Shown here: piece after piece, positions 1-13,300 of the stretch
How positions within the stretch are numbered: position 1 is the first letter of the stretch
How the letters are laid out: every line of letters begins with the position of its first letter
From: Azolla caroliniana
Lineage: Eukaryota; Plantae; Polypodiophyta
Direction: 5' to 3'
Length of the DNA stretch: 64,000 nucleotides
Assembly: GCA_043228905.1 (NCBI GenBank)
Contig: JBHGNT010000003.1
Span: forward strand, 10,168,001-10,232,000
Position numbers and translations under genes: made by a program
The notes under the pieces: generated by a model
Databases searched by the model: none
Told to the model about the DNA's origin: nothing
Seen by the model: the letters and a program-made list of their open reading frames with translations, nothing else

Positions 1-264
1 GAGCGTGAGTGAGTTAGCGGCATCATAGTTGTAACCAGAACAACATACACTAAGAGGCCTTCGAGGTTGTTCACTCTGTGTAGAGAGAGTGTTGTACTCT
101 AATCTCATTGTTGTATATCCACTATATAGTGAAGCTCCGTTCTCCGTGGTTTTCACCCGCTTTAGGGTTTCCACGTTAAATCTGTGTCCACTGTTTTTTG
201 TGCATCACAGTTGTGTACTTCAACATATTCCTCTTCTAGTGGATTGATGATTCCTTTCCCAACA
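1..264 (+). mobile_element. 3' part of a Copia-type LTR, truncated by the window start
   Basis: Ends in ...TTCCCAACA and contains a CCGTGG...TTTCCACGTTAAA motif typical of Copia U5 regions. No PBS follows, so it is a 3' or solo LTR. Confidence 0.5.
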
Positions 265-1759
265 GGATACTCAATAATATCCTCACCAATGTAGGACTAC
301 CAAGGGTCGTTTGTATTGTTATGTTGTTTTGTTTATATATATAATATTTTTATACATGAAAATACAAAGATTGTATACATTTTTCAGTGATATTTTGATT
401 GATCATCATGAAATAATCATGAAGCTAATTTAAGAAAGATAGTTCTAATATTGTCCTTCATATGAGGAGGATGTTCTATACCTTCCTTACTTTATTGCTA
501 TGATAATAAGATTGCATATATAAAATGATATGGCATCTCTTCATTGTCAACAAGGATCCATGGGAAATTATCATACAAAAAAGTGTAGCATATATTCAAC
601 ATTATTTGGATAAAGTTGCATGTGTCGTGTTTAACACTTAAATTCATTAATATTCTATTGTTTAAAGCCAAACAAACATGTGGCGAAAAGTTTAATATTT
701 ATTACAAAAATGTGTCTTTACTCACCACATTATTGTAACTATATAGATCGTAAGAGCAAGGAAAGAGAGTTTGAGAGCCTAAATGTGTCCTCAACAATCT
801 TTTCAATCATTTGACATATAGAAAAATCACCTTTTGCATTTGAAATATATGTTTTAGAATGACGTTGTAGATGAACAATGCGGTGCATATGAATGGAAAA
901 GAGTGTATATTATTGCATTGTCCTCCCATTGTTTTCAATAGAAACATACCCGTAAAAGTGATGCATTGTCATATCTTATGAAACACCTTTGAACTATAAA
1001 AGTTTCTCTAATGTAACTTGTTTAAAATCTCTACCTTGGTATTGTATCCTTTGTAAGATAAAGGTATAATATGAAACCATTCATGGAATCTTTATAGTTA
1101 TTTTGGATATGTGTCACATATCATGATGTTTTGGAAGTTGTGGTCTTTGCATTTACACCACTTTAGAGTTGAATGGAATCGTGGAATAAGAAACAAAGTT
1201 TTTCTAACTTCAAAAGAAACACAAAGTTTAGCTTTACAATCTGGACATGCAACTTTTTCTTTGCAATTGAAACGAGATTTATAATAAAGTAATGAGACGT
1301 TATCAAAAGTCATCCATGAGAACATGGAGTAATTCTTTAGCATTGCAAACACTCCCCCACTTTAGAGTGTTGAAGAACTTAGAACCCAAAGAAATGATAT
1401 CAATAATTTTTTTAGTCAAAGTTTGACAATGAATGCATTTTGACAAAATGGTTTGTTCGTGTTCCTTTTATCATTCTTATATATGTCTGCGAGTATGCAT
1501 AGTAGTTTGAGGTCTTTGGCAAAGTAGAGTTCAAATGTCAAGAACAATGGTGCAATGGGAACATTTGTCACCATATTTGAGTAGTCACAACAATGTTTGT
1601 GTAGTTCAAATTGTTACCTATGAAATTTGAATATACATGGTATTCACAATCATTATGTACATGGTACCCTAGAAACTTAAGAGGCCATATCAAATTATTA
1701 TTTTCATGATAATGCGAATGTGCTCCATCAAAAATGTACATTGAATTAAGGTTTCCATT

Positions 1760-3848
1760 TTACAATAGAGTACAAGTCAATAGAGCAATAATGCATGTAA
1801 ATACCTTCACAACGTTGTAGTTGCATTTTGTTGAACTACCATATACATTGATTGACGGGTACAATGCACTACATTCCAGAAATTTCCACATTAAACACAT
1901 GAATTTTAAAACAATAACTAACAAGAAAAACCAAGAAAATGAGAGTATGTCCATTACTTATTGACTTACTCAAATGGAAATTTGCAAGAGCCATAGCCTG
2001 TGAAGATACAAGAAAGGAAGAACAAAAGTGAATAACGAGGATAGAAATATAAGTGTTCAACAAACAAAACCGTAACATGAACACTCCTAACTGGTAAACA
2101 TGTGATGTGAAACACCATGAACAAGTTTATAGGTATGACGGACACCTAAACATAATGTGGACATCCATATACCCTTCATAGATTTGGTGCATCCTTAACC
2201 TTAATTGTTGGTTCCCATACTCATGGTGTACCTAGCCAAAATCTAAAGTCCAAAGATCATGTGAAAATCCTTGAACCCAAATATATGATGTGAACATCCC
2301 TAGGAGCCCCAATGACATCATGTGAAATATACTTCAACCATAAAACCCTACATCTTAAACATGAAACACATCATGTGGACGTCCCTAAACCCTAAATGAT
2401 AGGTTGTCTTCTCTCCTTAAATGAATCTACTATATGAAATAAGCAATGCACAAATTATAACACAATATATGTATCTTACTTGGATCCGTCATTGTGATCA
2501 TCGCAGACCCATTAAAGTTGCATGCCGCATTATTATTGCCACTTCTTTGATAATAGCTATTATAAGCGTAGGAAGCATGGTTAAGATATGTATTAGGAAA
2601 GTAACAAGGTTGGCCTTCTTGTATAGGCCCACAATCAGCATTGCAATCTCCACAAGCATAGTTCAACCCTCGTAAAAGGTTCTCACTGCTCGCGAATGGC
2701 GACGCCACACACCAAGTGGGCCTTGTTCCGTTGAAACTTTGTTGTGTCCCACTCTCGGATCCGTCAATGTCGAGGTAATAAATGTTTGTCCCGTCCACAT
2801 TAAACACTCCCCAATGTCTCTCAGACTCTTTACCAACCTTCTTATCCTCGTCAAACACCGAGAAGATATAGGCATTGATCGGTCGTGTGGGTCGGTATGG
2901 GGTTCCCGTGTTGTTTTGCACTAGCATGAGAAGGTTGTTATTGTAAGTGGCAGCGTTTTGCACGTTCGCGACCTTCTCATCCACATCGTTGCCTTTGGTC
3001 GGCCAACCCGTCTCGCTAACTATGACACCGATGTCATTGTGGCCCATCCCTTCAAGCGCAAAGTAGACCGCATCCAATTGTGCGGCTAGCAAGCTCGAGT
3101 ACGAAAGCCCTGTAGTCGGATCAACAACCAAATCCTTGGGTTGGAACAATGCGAAATCAAGGGCTATATCTTTGGAATCAGCAATGTAAGCATGGTAAGG
3201 GTAGGCATTTACCATGTAGAAGGATCCGATTGCCTTCAAGTAATCTAGGATTGGTTTGATGTAGGTATTACCAATGGTGTTCTTGAAACATGCTTGAGAA
3301 GGTGGGTAGGAGGTTTCCAAGAGGCCCATGGAATGTGTGGTTGTGACCATGATTCGGTCAGATAGGTTTGCTTTAAGGAGGCCTGTGTGGACGCCCATCA
3401 TGGCAGGTAGGAGGGCGTCCGAGAGGTGTGGCATTGTGGTCAAAACCTCAACACCCACTGAAATTGCTGAGATTTGGACGAAATCTCGCATGACGAGAGG
3501 AACCAAAATGGAATTGACCCAAGCATGTGCAAACGTATCGGAGTTGAAACATGTGAGCTCTTCGTTGGGGATGGTAAGCATAAGGTCTATGCCCGTGTGT
3601 GCGAATGCGGTGAGAACCGATGTGTTGTAGTCGTAGATCCGTGCTTTGGCGATGGACGAGGAGAGAAGAAGATGGGATGTGGCGGCCGGAGAAGGGAGAT
3701 TGTGACCATTCCGACCGTAACAGAAGCCAATACTAGCACTCGAAGATATATCTGACCAAAGCCAACATATGAAGACAACCATAATTGGAGGTAGGCACAT
3801 AAACAATGTGGAGGAGTTGAGAGGTTTGCTACTAGAGGATAGGCCCAT
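1760..3848 (-). CDS. Glucan endo-1,3-beta-glucosidase (GH17 + X8/CBM43), probably GPI-anchored; exons 3848-2480, 1997-1970, 1868-1760 (501 aa)
   Basis: The ORF has a signal peptide, IGFCYGRNG, VNAYPY, VSETGWPT, ERHWGVF and an X8 domain (WCVAS...DCGPIQ...HASYAYNSYYQ). GT..AG introns at 2479-1998 and 1969-1869 splice in frame to give ...TDPSYGSCKFPFDALYPS...FTCIIALLTCTLL*, restoring the last X8 cysteine and a hydrophobic tail. Confidence 0.93.
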
Positions 3849-4682
3849 TCTTTCACTCTTTCACTCTCTCACTCCCTATTCTCTCATTTAATCAAATTTG
3901 TATATCACAACATATAAAGACCCATGGGTTAGTATTAAAGTTTTTTGACAGACATGAGAGTGCAAAAACTAACATGTCATTTGACATACAAATTTTAATA
4001 ATGAAAAGCTCTATATGATGCTTCATTGTTATACATTTCGTGAATCATTACTATAGAAAGTACACAAAGATGCACAAATAAACATAACTACCTCACAAAG
4101 ATAATGAAATACTTGAATAAATATCGTGTTAATGTTTTTACTAATAGGTATGAAAAAAAATCTTAGTAAAAAATTTAGTTTTAAGTTAAAGATTTAGGTA
4201 AGTAAAAAACTTAGTTTTAACTTTAAACTTAAAACATTAAAATCAAACCTAGAGTTTACACTCTTAAAGTATTTAATAAAGGTTATTGTTTAAAATTTTA
4301 ATCAAATTTTAAATAATATTATTAGTAAAGAATAAATATTTCAGAATATATATCATTATTACATGATGATGATATTATTTTAAGCGTGTTATAAAAATCA
4401 TATAATTTTTTGGAAAAAGAACACATAGTATAAATATATTATTATACACACTTCATAGTATCTATGATAAGTGACATATGTATATATAATATATATGAGT
4501 CTATGACATAGAAAATAGAATTTTAGCATGTCATTTGACATGCCTAATTTGTAGGGGTCTTTTACATGAAAATGGAAATTTAAACTTTATACATGTCATT
4601 GACGATCATTTTTATTATGTGTATGTTTTTTGACGGGCATGACACTCTTCAAATTCTTGCCTTGATAAAGACCGTTATAAAT

Positions 4683-4746
4683 GGAGGTAGGCACATAAAC
4701 AATGTGGAGGAGTTGAGGGATTTGTTACTAGAGGATAGGCCCATTC
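4683..4746 (-). pseudogene. Short duplicate of the glucanase start region
   Basis: GGAGGTAGGCACATAAACAATGTGGAGGAGTTGA...ACTAGAGGATAGGCCCATTC is near-identical to about 3788-3851. Confidence 0.8.
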
Positions 4747-6716
4747 TCTCCCTCCCTCCCTCCTTCTATCTATTCTCTTATTCAATCCAATTTGTAGATG
4801 ATGCCTACTCTCTCTCCATTCTTTCTCTACTTTCTCTCTCTAGGAAGGTAGCTTTTTGTGTAGCTAAGTGAAATATGCGTCCTTAAGGTAACCATAGTCA
4901 ACCCAACTGAAATAGAGAGAGAGAGTAATCTCTCTCTTTATCATAATTAGCTTACCCTACTCCACTACTAGTACACTACTAGCACTATTCTCTCTCTTTT
5001 TATCATAATTAGCTACCCTAGTACTAGCACTATTGTCTTGGGTTCGAAAGCCACTTTTCTCACCTCTCCATTTCTCCAGTAATATCTCTTAATTTACTAC
5101 CATAGGATCTCTTAATTTACTAGATACCAATATAGAATGTAGGGATTGAACCCATGACCTCTTTGTCTCCATTGGGCAACCTTAGTATACATTAAAACAA
5201 AGTAGAATAGAAAACGTCTTTCTTGTCAATATTATAACTATAGTAACGATCCAAAGGTGTTGTAAGAGTAAATAGCATAAAGATAACCTTTCCAAGGACA
5301 AGATCCATGTGGAGCTTAGTTGCTACGATACATATGACCCTTTACAATGCCTATAATAATGAAGATATTTTGGAAAAGTACACCCGCTAAGATTTTTTAA
5401 TACTAGTTCACATAAAAGGATATTATTTTGAGGTCATATCTCCTAGAGTTTAATTAATTGCAGGAAGTACTCGGTTAATTTTCCTTTCAACCTTTTATAG
5501 TTGTTGTGGTACTCCATGCTTATGTACTTCTTGCAAACTAAAATGGAGATCATCAAACAAGAATGCATTTCTCATGCTCCAACTGTAGCATAGACCTTAA
5601 CAATTAAGGTCATCAATCGCAACAATAGGGAAGGTAAAGCTTAGAACCTTGAGCATTGGCTGAAAGGATAACAACATTTTCCTAACTAACAAAGCTGAAA
5701 GTCATGACATAACGAACCAAATTACTTCAACAATTAAATGTAAAATGTAATGCATCCATCCTCCTAAATTATAACTATAGAAATAAAACATATCCCAAAT
5801 AAAATGTATCAAACCCTTAAATTAATTATCAACAACGCATCCAAACAATTCTCACAAAAGAAACACTTTTAGACTCCGTGGAAGCTAATATTGTTGTCAT
5901 GCATCCCACACTTGACACCACCATCATCTTCATCGGGTAACGTGCCATGCATTCAACACCTTCAACATTAACCATACACTTGTGTTTAGACATATTGTTG
6001 TACATTGTAAAGAAAGTTTTTTGATATCAACTTACCAATCTTTCCAAGATTCAAAATATGGACCAAAAGAATAGCCAATATAATTTATGATCGGTAAAGA
6101 TGATGATATCTAGGAGGTATACATTACCTAGTTCGCATTCTTTTGCAAGTCATGACATGACTCTAAAGTAGCATTTTTCATATAAGTTAACATGTTTCAT
6201 CACAATGCAAGAGCCATGAAGATGCAAGGGCCTTTGCTGGCTGAGAATTACTCTATTATCTACAATCTCAAGATTGCCACTTGACTAATCTCAAACATCA
6301 TTAATTAGAGAGCACTAGGTTTTGAAAATTACTAGAATTTGTGCATGTGAATGATAGACCAATATTGACATTGCGTCACCATGAAGTTTTAGTCCTCGTT
6401 TTCACATACTATATACAATCAATGTCTACAAAATGACATATTATCTCTATTGAAGGTTGAGTTGATACATACATTGAGACATTTAAATAGGTTGAATATC
6501 TATGTAACCATATGATCATTCAAATTTATTATGGTTGCTCCCCTGGCACTGTAAGGTACATTTGTGAATCCATGAAATCCATCCCATTGCCAACCTTGAC
6601 TCTTCTTTACCGAATGAATACTATATTGGACAAGGCAATCAATCAAATGTTCTTTTTGTTCAAGGAAGCAAAGCTAAAGCCTATAAGAATTCATAGGAAT
6701 CGCTATTGGGTGAAAG

Positions 6717-6995
6717 CATGGGAATGGGAACAATTACCTATGTCCTTGACATAGCTAATTAGCTATCTAAAAAGCTACATGTAATCTGTATATTTTGGCA
6801 AATTTAGGGATGATTAGAATTTGATCTCAGAAAAAGACTAGCTAAACGGTGGACCATAAATGGTAATATTTCCATCTCCATAATAAATGATACGTATCTT
6901 TAAGATCTTCCTACTAAAAATTAGCTATAAAAAAAACTATTTAGCTGTGGTCATTTTAGCAGCTAAATAGCTATAATAGTGTTTCCATTCGCATG
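6717..6995. mobile_element. Possible small MITE
   Basis: Imperfect terminal inverted repeat CATGGGAATGGGAACA / TGTTTCCATTCGCATG and TAGCTA-rich subtermini. No convincing TSD. Confidence 0.4.
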
Positions 6996-7002
6996 GTGGA
7001 AT

Positions 7003-7761
7003 TAACAATGGGCCCGGTTCGGTTTCTTGGCCTTGAAACCAAACCAAACCAAACCAAACCATTTATTAATAATAAAAACCGAATCAAACTATTTTAAAAT
7101 TTATGAAGCCATTTAAACTGAGCCGTTTAGAGTCGAACCGTTAAATCAAACCATTTAAAGAATAGGAGAAACCAAACCGTTTACGAAAAATTTAAAACCA
7201 AACCAAACCAGTTTATCATAAATCAAAACCAAACCAAAGCAAACCATTTTTTATTGATAGTAATCGTCATACTTATTATAAATTTGTGTGAGAAAATCAT
7301 CATAAATTTTGTCATCATATTTATCATAAATTTGGTCATCATACTAGTCATAAATTTGATCATTACACTTATCATAAATTTGATCATCATACTTATCATA
7401 ATTAATCATCATAAATGAAAAGGAGACTCTATATACATATAATACATATAAAATTTAATAAGTTAAAACAAGAGTTTAAAATTAAAAGCTGAAAGTTAGA
7501 GCCTATACAAAATATTTATGAATATTTTTTAACCTATAAACCTTTAAACCTTTAAACCGAACCACATAAATAGAAACTGATAAAACGATCAGCCGCTAAA
7601 CCACTAAACTGGTCATTTAAAAAACTGAACCGAACCGAACCGAAACCGATTAGTAACATTTGAAACCAAACCAAACTATTTATTTATTTTTTAACCTATA
7701 AACCATTAAGCCACCGTTTTTTGGTTCGGTTCGGTTTGAGCCGAAACCGGGTCCATTGCTA
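7003..7761. mobile_element. Non-autonomous hAT-like DNA transposon (MITE)
   Basis: TIRs TAACAATGGGCCCGGTT / AACCGGGTCCATTGCTA, a degenerate 8-bp TSD (GGTGGAAT / ATTGGAAT), many subterminal AAACC(G/A) motifs and an AT-rich noncoding centre. Confidence 0.75.
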
Positions 7762-8199
7762 ATTGGAATGTATCACTTTGACTGTCATTAGAATCCTTGA
7801 ATGTGTATGTGGTAAGCGTTGCTCATTGGACATTACGGAAACATTATGGACAAGAGAGGTGTGTAGAGATACATTGTACTTCTACAATGTGAATAATACC
7901 ACTATCCATAGAAAATTGGCAAAAGGCCAAAAAATTATAGGGCTCATAGCAAAAAAAATCAAATGCAAAATCCCCAATTTTTGAAAATAAAAATATGGGG
8001 AGGAATGTGCAATTGTTACTGATGATTGCGCTTTTAAGTAGAATGTGTTACTAATGAAAACATGTTAAGAAGATTTGCAATCAACTCCCTAATCTTGTCA
8101 ATTTCAGGACATATAGATTTAGAAATAATCTTGTCACAAAGTTTAAGCCATATCATTTTTAGTTAGGATGAAAACAAGAAAATATGCCTATTGTTGGAT

Positions 8200-8311
8200 G
8201 AAGGCTAATTGTTAGGAATAATACTAAAGATGGAGAGGGAATTAGTATTAGAGGTAGAGGAGGATGAGTACTTACGAGGAAAAGATGGTGTGGAACTGGC
8301 GCGCGCGCGCG

Positions 8312-8377
<66 letters not shown>

Positions 8378-8520
8378 GCAATAGAAGATATAAATTATAA
8401 GTAGAAAGATACAAGAACAACTAGGAGGCTTAAGAATGGCGTTGAATCGAATTGGTTCGCAATAATGCCATGTGCCTCTTTTTATAGATGTTGCCAAAAT
8501 TTGGAGACGGTTCTAGACAG
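8200..8520 (-). mobile_element. LTR fragment of the element-F chromovirus family, with (GC)n(GA)n(GAT)n microsatellite
   Basis: AGGCTTAAGAATGGCGTTGAATCGAATTGGTTCG...TTTTATAG matches the LTR at 53600-53660. Left boundary approximate. Confidence 0.75.
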
Positions 8521-9180
8521 TTTTGCTCAAGACATTCTGGAGCACATTGATACCTCTCGGGCATCTTGTTCCCAATCTCAACAACCAGGTATGGACTACA
8601 AACAATTCAAGTATCATGATGGTTTGTTATTCTTTAAAAATCTTGTATATGTCCCCGATTGCTCCTGTCGCCTTCAAATCGTCCAAAATTGTCACGACAC
8701 CCATACGGCGGGACATTTCGGTAGTACTAAGACGTCCAAAATTGTCACGATCTTTTTGGTGGCCCCATATGCGACGTTTTGTCGATGACTACGTTCGAAC
8801 TTGTGATGCTTACTGTCGAGCAAAGATACCCCAACACCATCCATATGGCTTGTTGGAACCCTTACTGATTCCAAGTAAGTCGTGGCAGTCTATTTGTCTT
8901 GATTTTATCACAGATCTGCCGGTCTCGAAGGGGTTTGATGCTATCTTAACCGTCGTCGATCGATATACTAAGATGGCACATTTTGTGTCGTGTACTAAAG
9001 CCATCACTAGCGAGGAAACCGTCGTGCTTGTCATGCGTGAGGTATTTCGACATCATGGCCTCCCAGACAGAATCATTAGTGACTAGAACCTCAATTCGTC
9101 TCCAAATTTTGGCAGCATCTCTTCAGGATGCTCAAGGTCTCTTGCAACATCTCCTCCGACTACCATCCCCAGACCAATGG
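8515..9180 (+). pseudogene. pol: Gypsy integrase fragment (zinc finger + core) of the element-F family
   Basis: ORFs 8465-8788 and 8523-9086 align with the F pol (SRASCSQSQ, CHDTHTAGHFG, LDFITDLPVS, IISD). Frameshifted and truncated. Confidence 0.9.
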
Positions 9181-10369
9181 GCCTTGGAGAAAGGTGTTCT
9201 TTACATCCATCTGGTGGAGGTACCACCCTTTTGCAGCTATGAGTGCAATAATTGTCCGAACAGTCGTCATCTTTGCCACCGGGGCAAAGGTCTCCTCGTA
9301 ATCGACTCCGTGCATTTGAGCGTATCCCTTAGCTATGAGTTGTGCCTTGTAGCGATTTACTGAGCCGTCGGCATTATATTTTACTTTGAAAATCCATCTA
9401 CAACAGAATACTTTCTTGCTGGAAGTATCGGGGACGAGATCACATGTCTCGTTTTTGCTTAAAGCCTACATCTCCTCGTTCATTGCTTTGATCGATCGTG
9501 GATCCTTGGCTACCCCGGAGAAGATTTCCGGTTCTCGGACTCTCACCACATTCATCATAAAGGCATAATGGTATGCCATATACTCATCGTAGCCGAATCG
9601 GCTGATCGGATTTTTCTCTCTGGTGGAGCGACAGAGCTTCTCGTTTGTAGAGTCTAAGGCTTTCTTCGCTCCATTTGTTCGGATGATTGGGATGTCCAGG
9701 CCTTCAAACTCATTGTCAACGGAGTGAATTGACTTCTTGTTGATTGCATCTTCATATTCCGACATTTTGTCCTTCCCTTGTCTAGCCCCGGACTTGGTTG
9801 AGATGTGCTTTAATCACTCAGGGGCTCCTCTGGTACACTAAGCCTTGTTGTAATCGTACTTTCTTCGAACATGTGTCCTGTTAATCCTAGGGCCAAACAA
9901 CAACCTAACACAGGGTGTCCACTTAAGACACTTCACCAAAGGGTGTTACAGCAAGATGACTTACGACACAACGCTTAATTAGACCTTAATTGGTTACTTA
10001 GCAATACATCATTAGCACGCGTAAGATATACAATAAACACAGAACGGTAATCAATATTGAAAGGTTAAGGAAATAAGTTTTATTAATTATCCGCTGTCAA
10101 TTACATTGTAACTGGGCCTTTATATAGGTCTCCGGTGCGAAGTACAAAATGGTGCCAACCGGCACCTATTCGGAATCGGTACGGATCTAGATCGGCATAC
10201 CGATTCCAGTCCATCCGTCCATATTAATAAAATAATTACAACAGTTCCCAAATAAACTATTCCTTTCACACTCTGGTTTGGACATCCTTAAGCCTTCTTT
10301 GTCGGCCGGGTAACACATGGCACGCCCGTGGGACAGTACCTTGTACGTTGAACCCATTATCCGTCCTTG

Positions 10370-13300
10370 CTACTCTTCGTCCAAAATGTCCAGAATGCTT
10401 TGCTCCAGAATTTCCAATGGCTTGTCGGGAATCTGTTGTTGTTGTTGTGGCTGTTGTTCCGTTTGTGGCTGCTACGGTGGCTGCTCCGTTTGTGCCTTCT
10501 CCGTTTGGGGCTGCTGCTCCATTTGTCGCTCTGGCACCGGTGTTTCCTTCGTTGGCTCCTCCATCGGAGTTGTTGCTGGCTGACTGATCCCGGCCTGGTC
10601 CCCGTCGGGTCCTTGTACCGGCGACGGTTCCTCATCACTAAGGTTGACCGTTGCCGCCTCCCTTGCATTTTCTTCCCGGAGCCGGGACCGCTCATAGCTC
10701 TCAAACTGGATTTGAGCCTCCAGCCGATCGTCGTCCAGTTGAGCTATGAGCTGCTGGACCTGGATCAATTGTTCATCTGCCACGGCTGTGAAATCTTCAG
10801 CTAGCTCATCCCTTATGGCAGTGAAGTCCTCCGATGTTAGCGTATAACAGTCGTCACCTTCCTTCCACCGGTTTTCCACGTCCGCCCTAAGAAATTGGAG
10901 TTCCGTCATATTCTGCGCCCATTTTGTCCACCATTGCACAGAGCTCTCGTCAATCAAGCACTTTGTCTTGGTGAGCCATGCCTGGAGGATGCACTGGATC
11001 CGTTCGGTTCCCATCCGTGATTTGTTCTCCGCGGCTTGTCGCTCCTCTTTCAACTGCTTGATGATTCTGACCGTGTCCGCCTCTTGCTCCCTATAATGCG
11101 ACAATTGACTTTGATAGGTTGTTTGCAACCTCTGTAACACCATTGTCGCTCTTTCCTTTTCTTCATGGTTCTGCTTGTGGAGCTCCATCCGGTCCATCGC
11201 CGCTTCCTCCAATAGCTTTGAATTCTCTGCTTCTTCGTCGGCGAGTGCCGTTGTGGCCCTAACAACTTCTTGCCGGAGCTCAACCAGCCTTTCCTGTTGT
11301 TGCTTATACTCCGCCTCTAGTTGCTTGTAGTCCCGGTGCAGATGATCAAAATCATCGGTCTTTTGCTTCAGCCTCTCGTTGATCGACCGGTGTGCGCGGT
11401 CCTCCCGGTCCTTCTGTTGACAGAGTTCTTCCTTCAGCCTTTCGATTTCCGTCTCCGCCATCCGTCGCAGCTTGTGTTTCTCCTGCAGCAATTTCTTTTT
11501 TACCTCCTTGAGCCAGTCGTACGCTTGATGTCCTTTACGCAGGTTTTCCTCTGCCCGGCGGAGGTTCTCAGTAGTCTTCTTTAATTCTTCTTTGGCTGCC
11601 TTCTTCAAGTCACGTTCGCGGCTCCGTAATGCTTCTTGTGTGGCAAGTTCGTCTCTTAAGTCGGCAAGCTCTTGGGCTTGCGCTGCATCTTTCTCCGGAA
11701 CAGTTTCTGTCTCCGGGGTCTTATTCGTATGTACATCCACCGGAGTCACCGGTGCTTGGATCTGTGTTGCTGTTAAGGCCATTTTAGCCATGTCTTCTGT
11801 GACCCGATCCAAGTCTTGTTCGAGGCACCAGATTCTGGACCGGGCCGTCTCTAGTTCATCGGTTGTGACGAGCAACCGTTCTGTCTGCGCTCTTTCTTCT
11901 GCCTCTATGTATCCGACTACCCCGGAAATTTGTTCTCCTATCCATTGGAGCCATTGGCTGCCGGTGCCCTGTTGTTGTGTCTGCACGGCGGGTTGGTTGA
12001 TGGGTTCACTTGCCGGTGGCTGGTCCCGCCTTACTGCGTCGAGCTGCCCTTCTCGTTCTACCTGGTGACCACTTTGTCGTTCCGGCCCTGGGTGTGTTTC
12101 GGTTAGCCGCTCCTTGTCTGCTTGTTCTTGGCCGGCTGAGGAGGTTGGCCTTTGTATAACCGGCTCTTGAGTTACGGGGCTTGTCGGTGCTGTTGTCAGG
12201 AATAGTACTAAAGCAGAGATGGAATTAGTACTAATAAGAGAAGTACTATTAGTACTAAGAAGACGGGATTGCGTGAGATTCCCGAGAGAGGAAGTGAGAA
12301 GAGGAGAGAGAGATAGCGAGGATGAGAGAGAGTGAAAGATGATGACAACAGCTAATATATTATGTGAAAAGATAAGTACAAAGCAGCTAAGAGGCTTAAG
12401 ACTGGCGTTGAACCAATTTGGTTCAACATAATGTCTAGTGCCTTCTTTTATAGTGTTGTCAAGAGTAATCCTGAAACTTCTGGAATGTTCCAGAGAAATC
12501 TGGAATATACATTACTTTCTTATAATAAAACATAAATGAAAATAATATCCTATGAATTACAATAGATGGTGTGATGGTTAAGAGCTTGACCCATATACCA
12601 TAAGGTCATGGGTTCGAGTCTTGCCATATCATAACAGATGCCTGTTGTGCAGGGACTTTTGTGACCGGTTCCATTCGAACCGGTTCCGGTGCCTCCCTTG
12701 GTGTGGGTTGCAGGCGTTCCATCCTTCTGTGGGTCTGAACGCTTCCCAGCTGATTCTGCGGTGCTCTTCACTGGCCGCCGTTGGAGGTGCTTCGTAGGTT
12801 CTTCCTCCATTTCCTCCGCCTGAGTCCCGACATTCATTCTTGCTGCTAGGGTGTTTGTTTCTTGCTGGACCGGTCGGTGGAGTGGGCTCTTCAAGGGCCG
12901 TGCTGGTGTCTCCTCGTGTGTGTCCGTCGGCCGCTTCCGGCTGGCGCACTCCTTTGTCGCCTTCTCTGCGTCGGCCGTCTTCCCCTTAATGGCCTTGGAG
13001 GCCAACAACTGTTGCCGTTTGGAAGCAGCTCTCGGGGTGTTGTCGGGTACTCTTCCCCGTTTCTTGGTCTGGACGGGCTCGACAGGTGGCGCCAATAGGG
13101 TGAGCCATTGCGTCACCGCATGCCATATTTTCTGGCCTTCTTTGCCTTCCTTACCTCTTACGGTGTCAATGGCCGCGCACAATCCATCGGCGATCAGCAC
13201 TGGCCAATCCACCTTGACCTCTTCGTACGTTGCGATAATCATGCCTGCTCGGTTCTGAGGCATACCGGGGGGTCGAGGGTATACGTTGCCGAACTCATGG

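Noticed and set aside
1098-1352. Cys-rich 84-aa ORF (CPDC...CKC)
   Set aside because: No recognisable domain, non-ATG start and AT-rich surroundings. It could be a decayed transposon but this is unsupported.
2090-2400. Degenerate CATGTG(A/G)A repeats and CCCTAAACCCTAAA in intron 1
   Set aside because: Irregular spacing and only two telomere-like units, too weak to call.
2421-3856. Short ORFs overlapping the glucanase on both strands
   Set aside because: Shadow frames of the real CDS.
8159-8497. ORFs with poly-His, poly-Ser or poly-Asp runs
   Set aside because: Translations of a (GA)n(GAT)n microsatellite inside an LTR.
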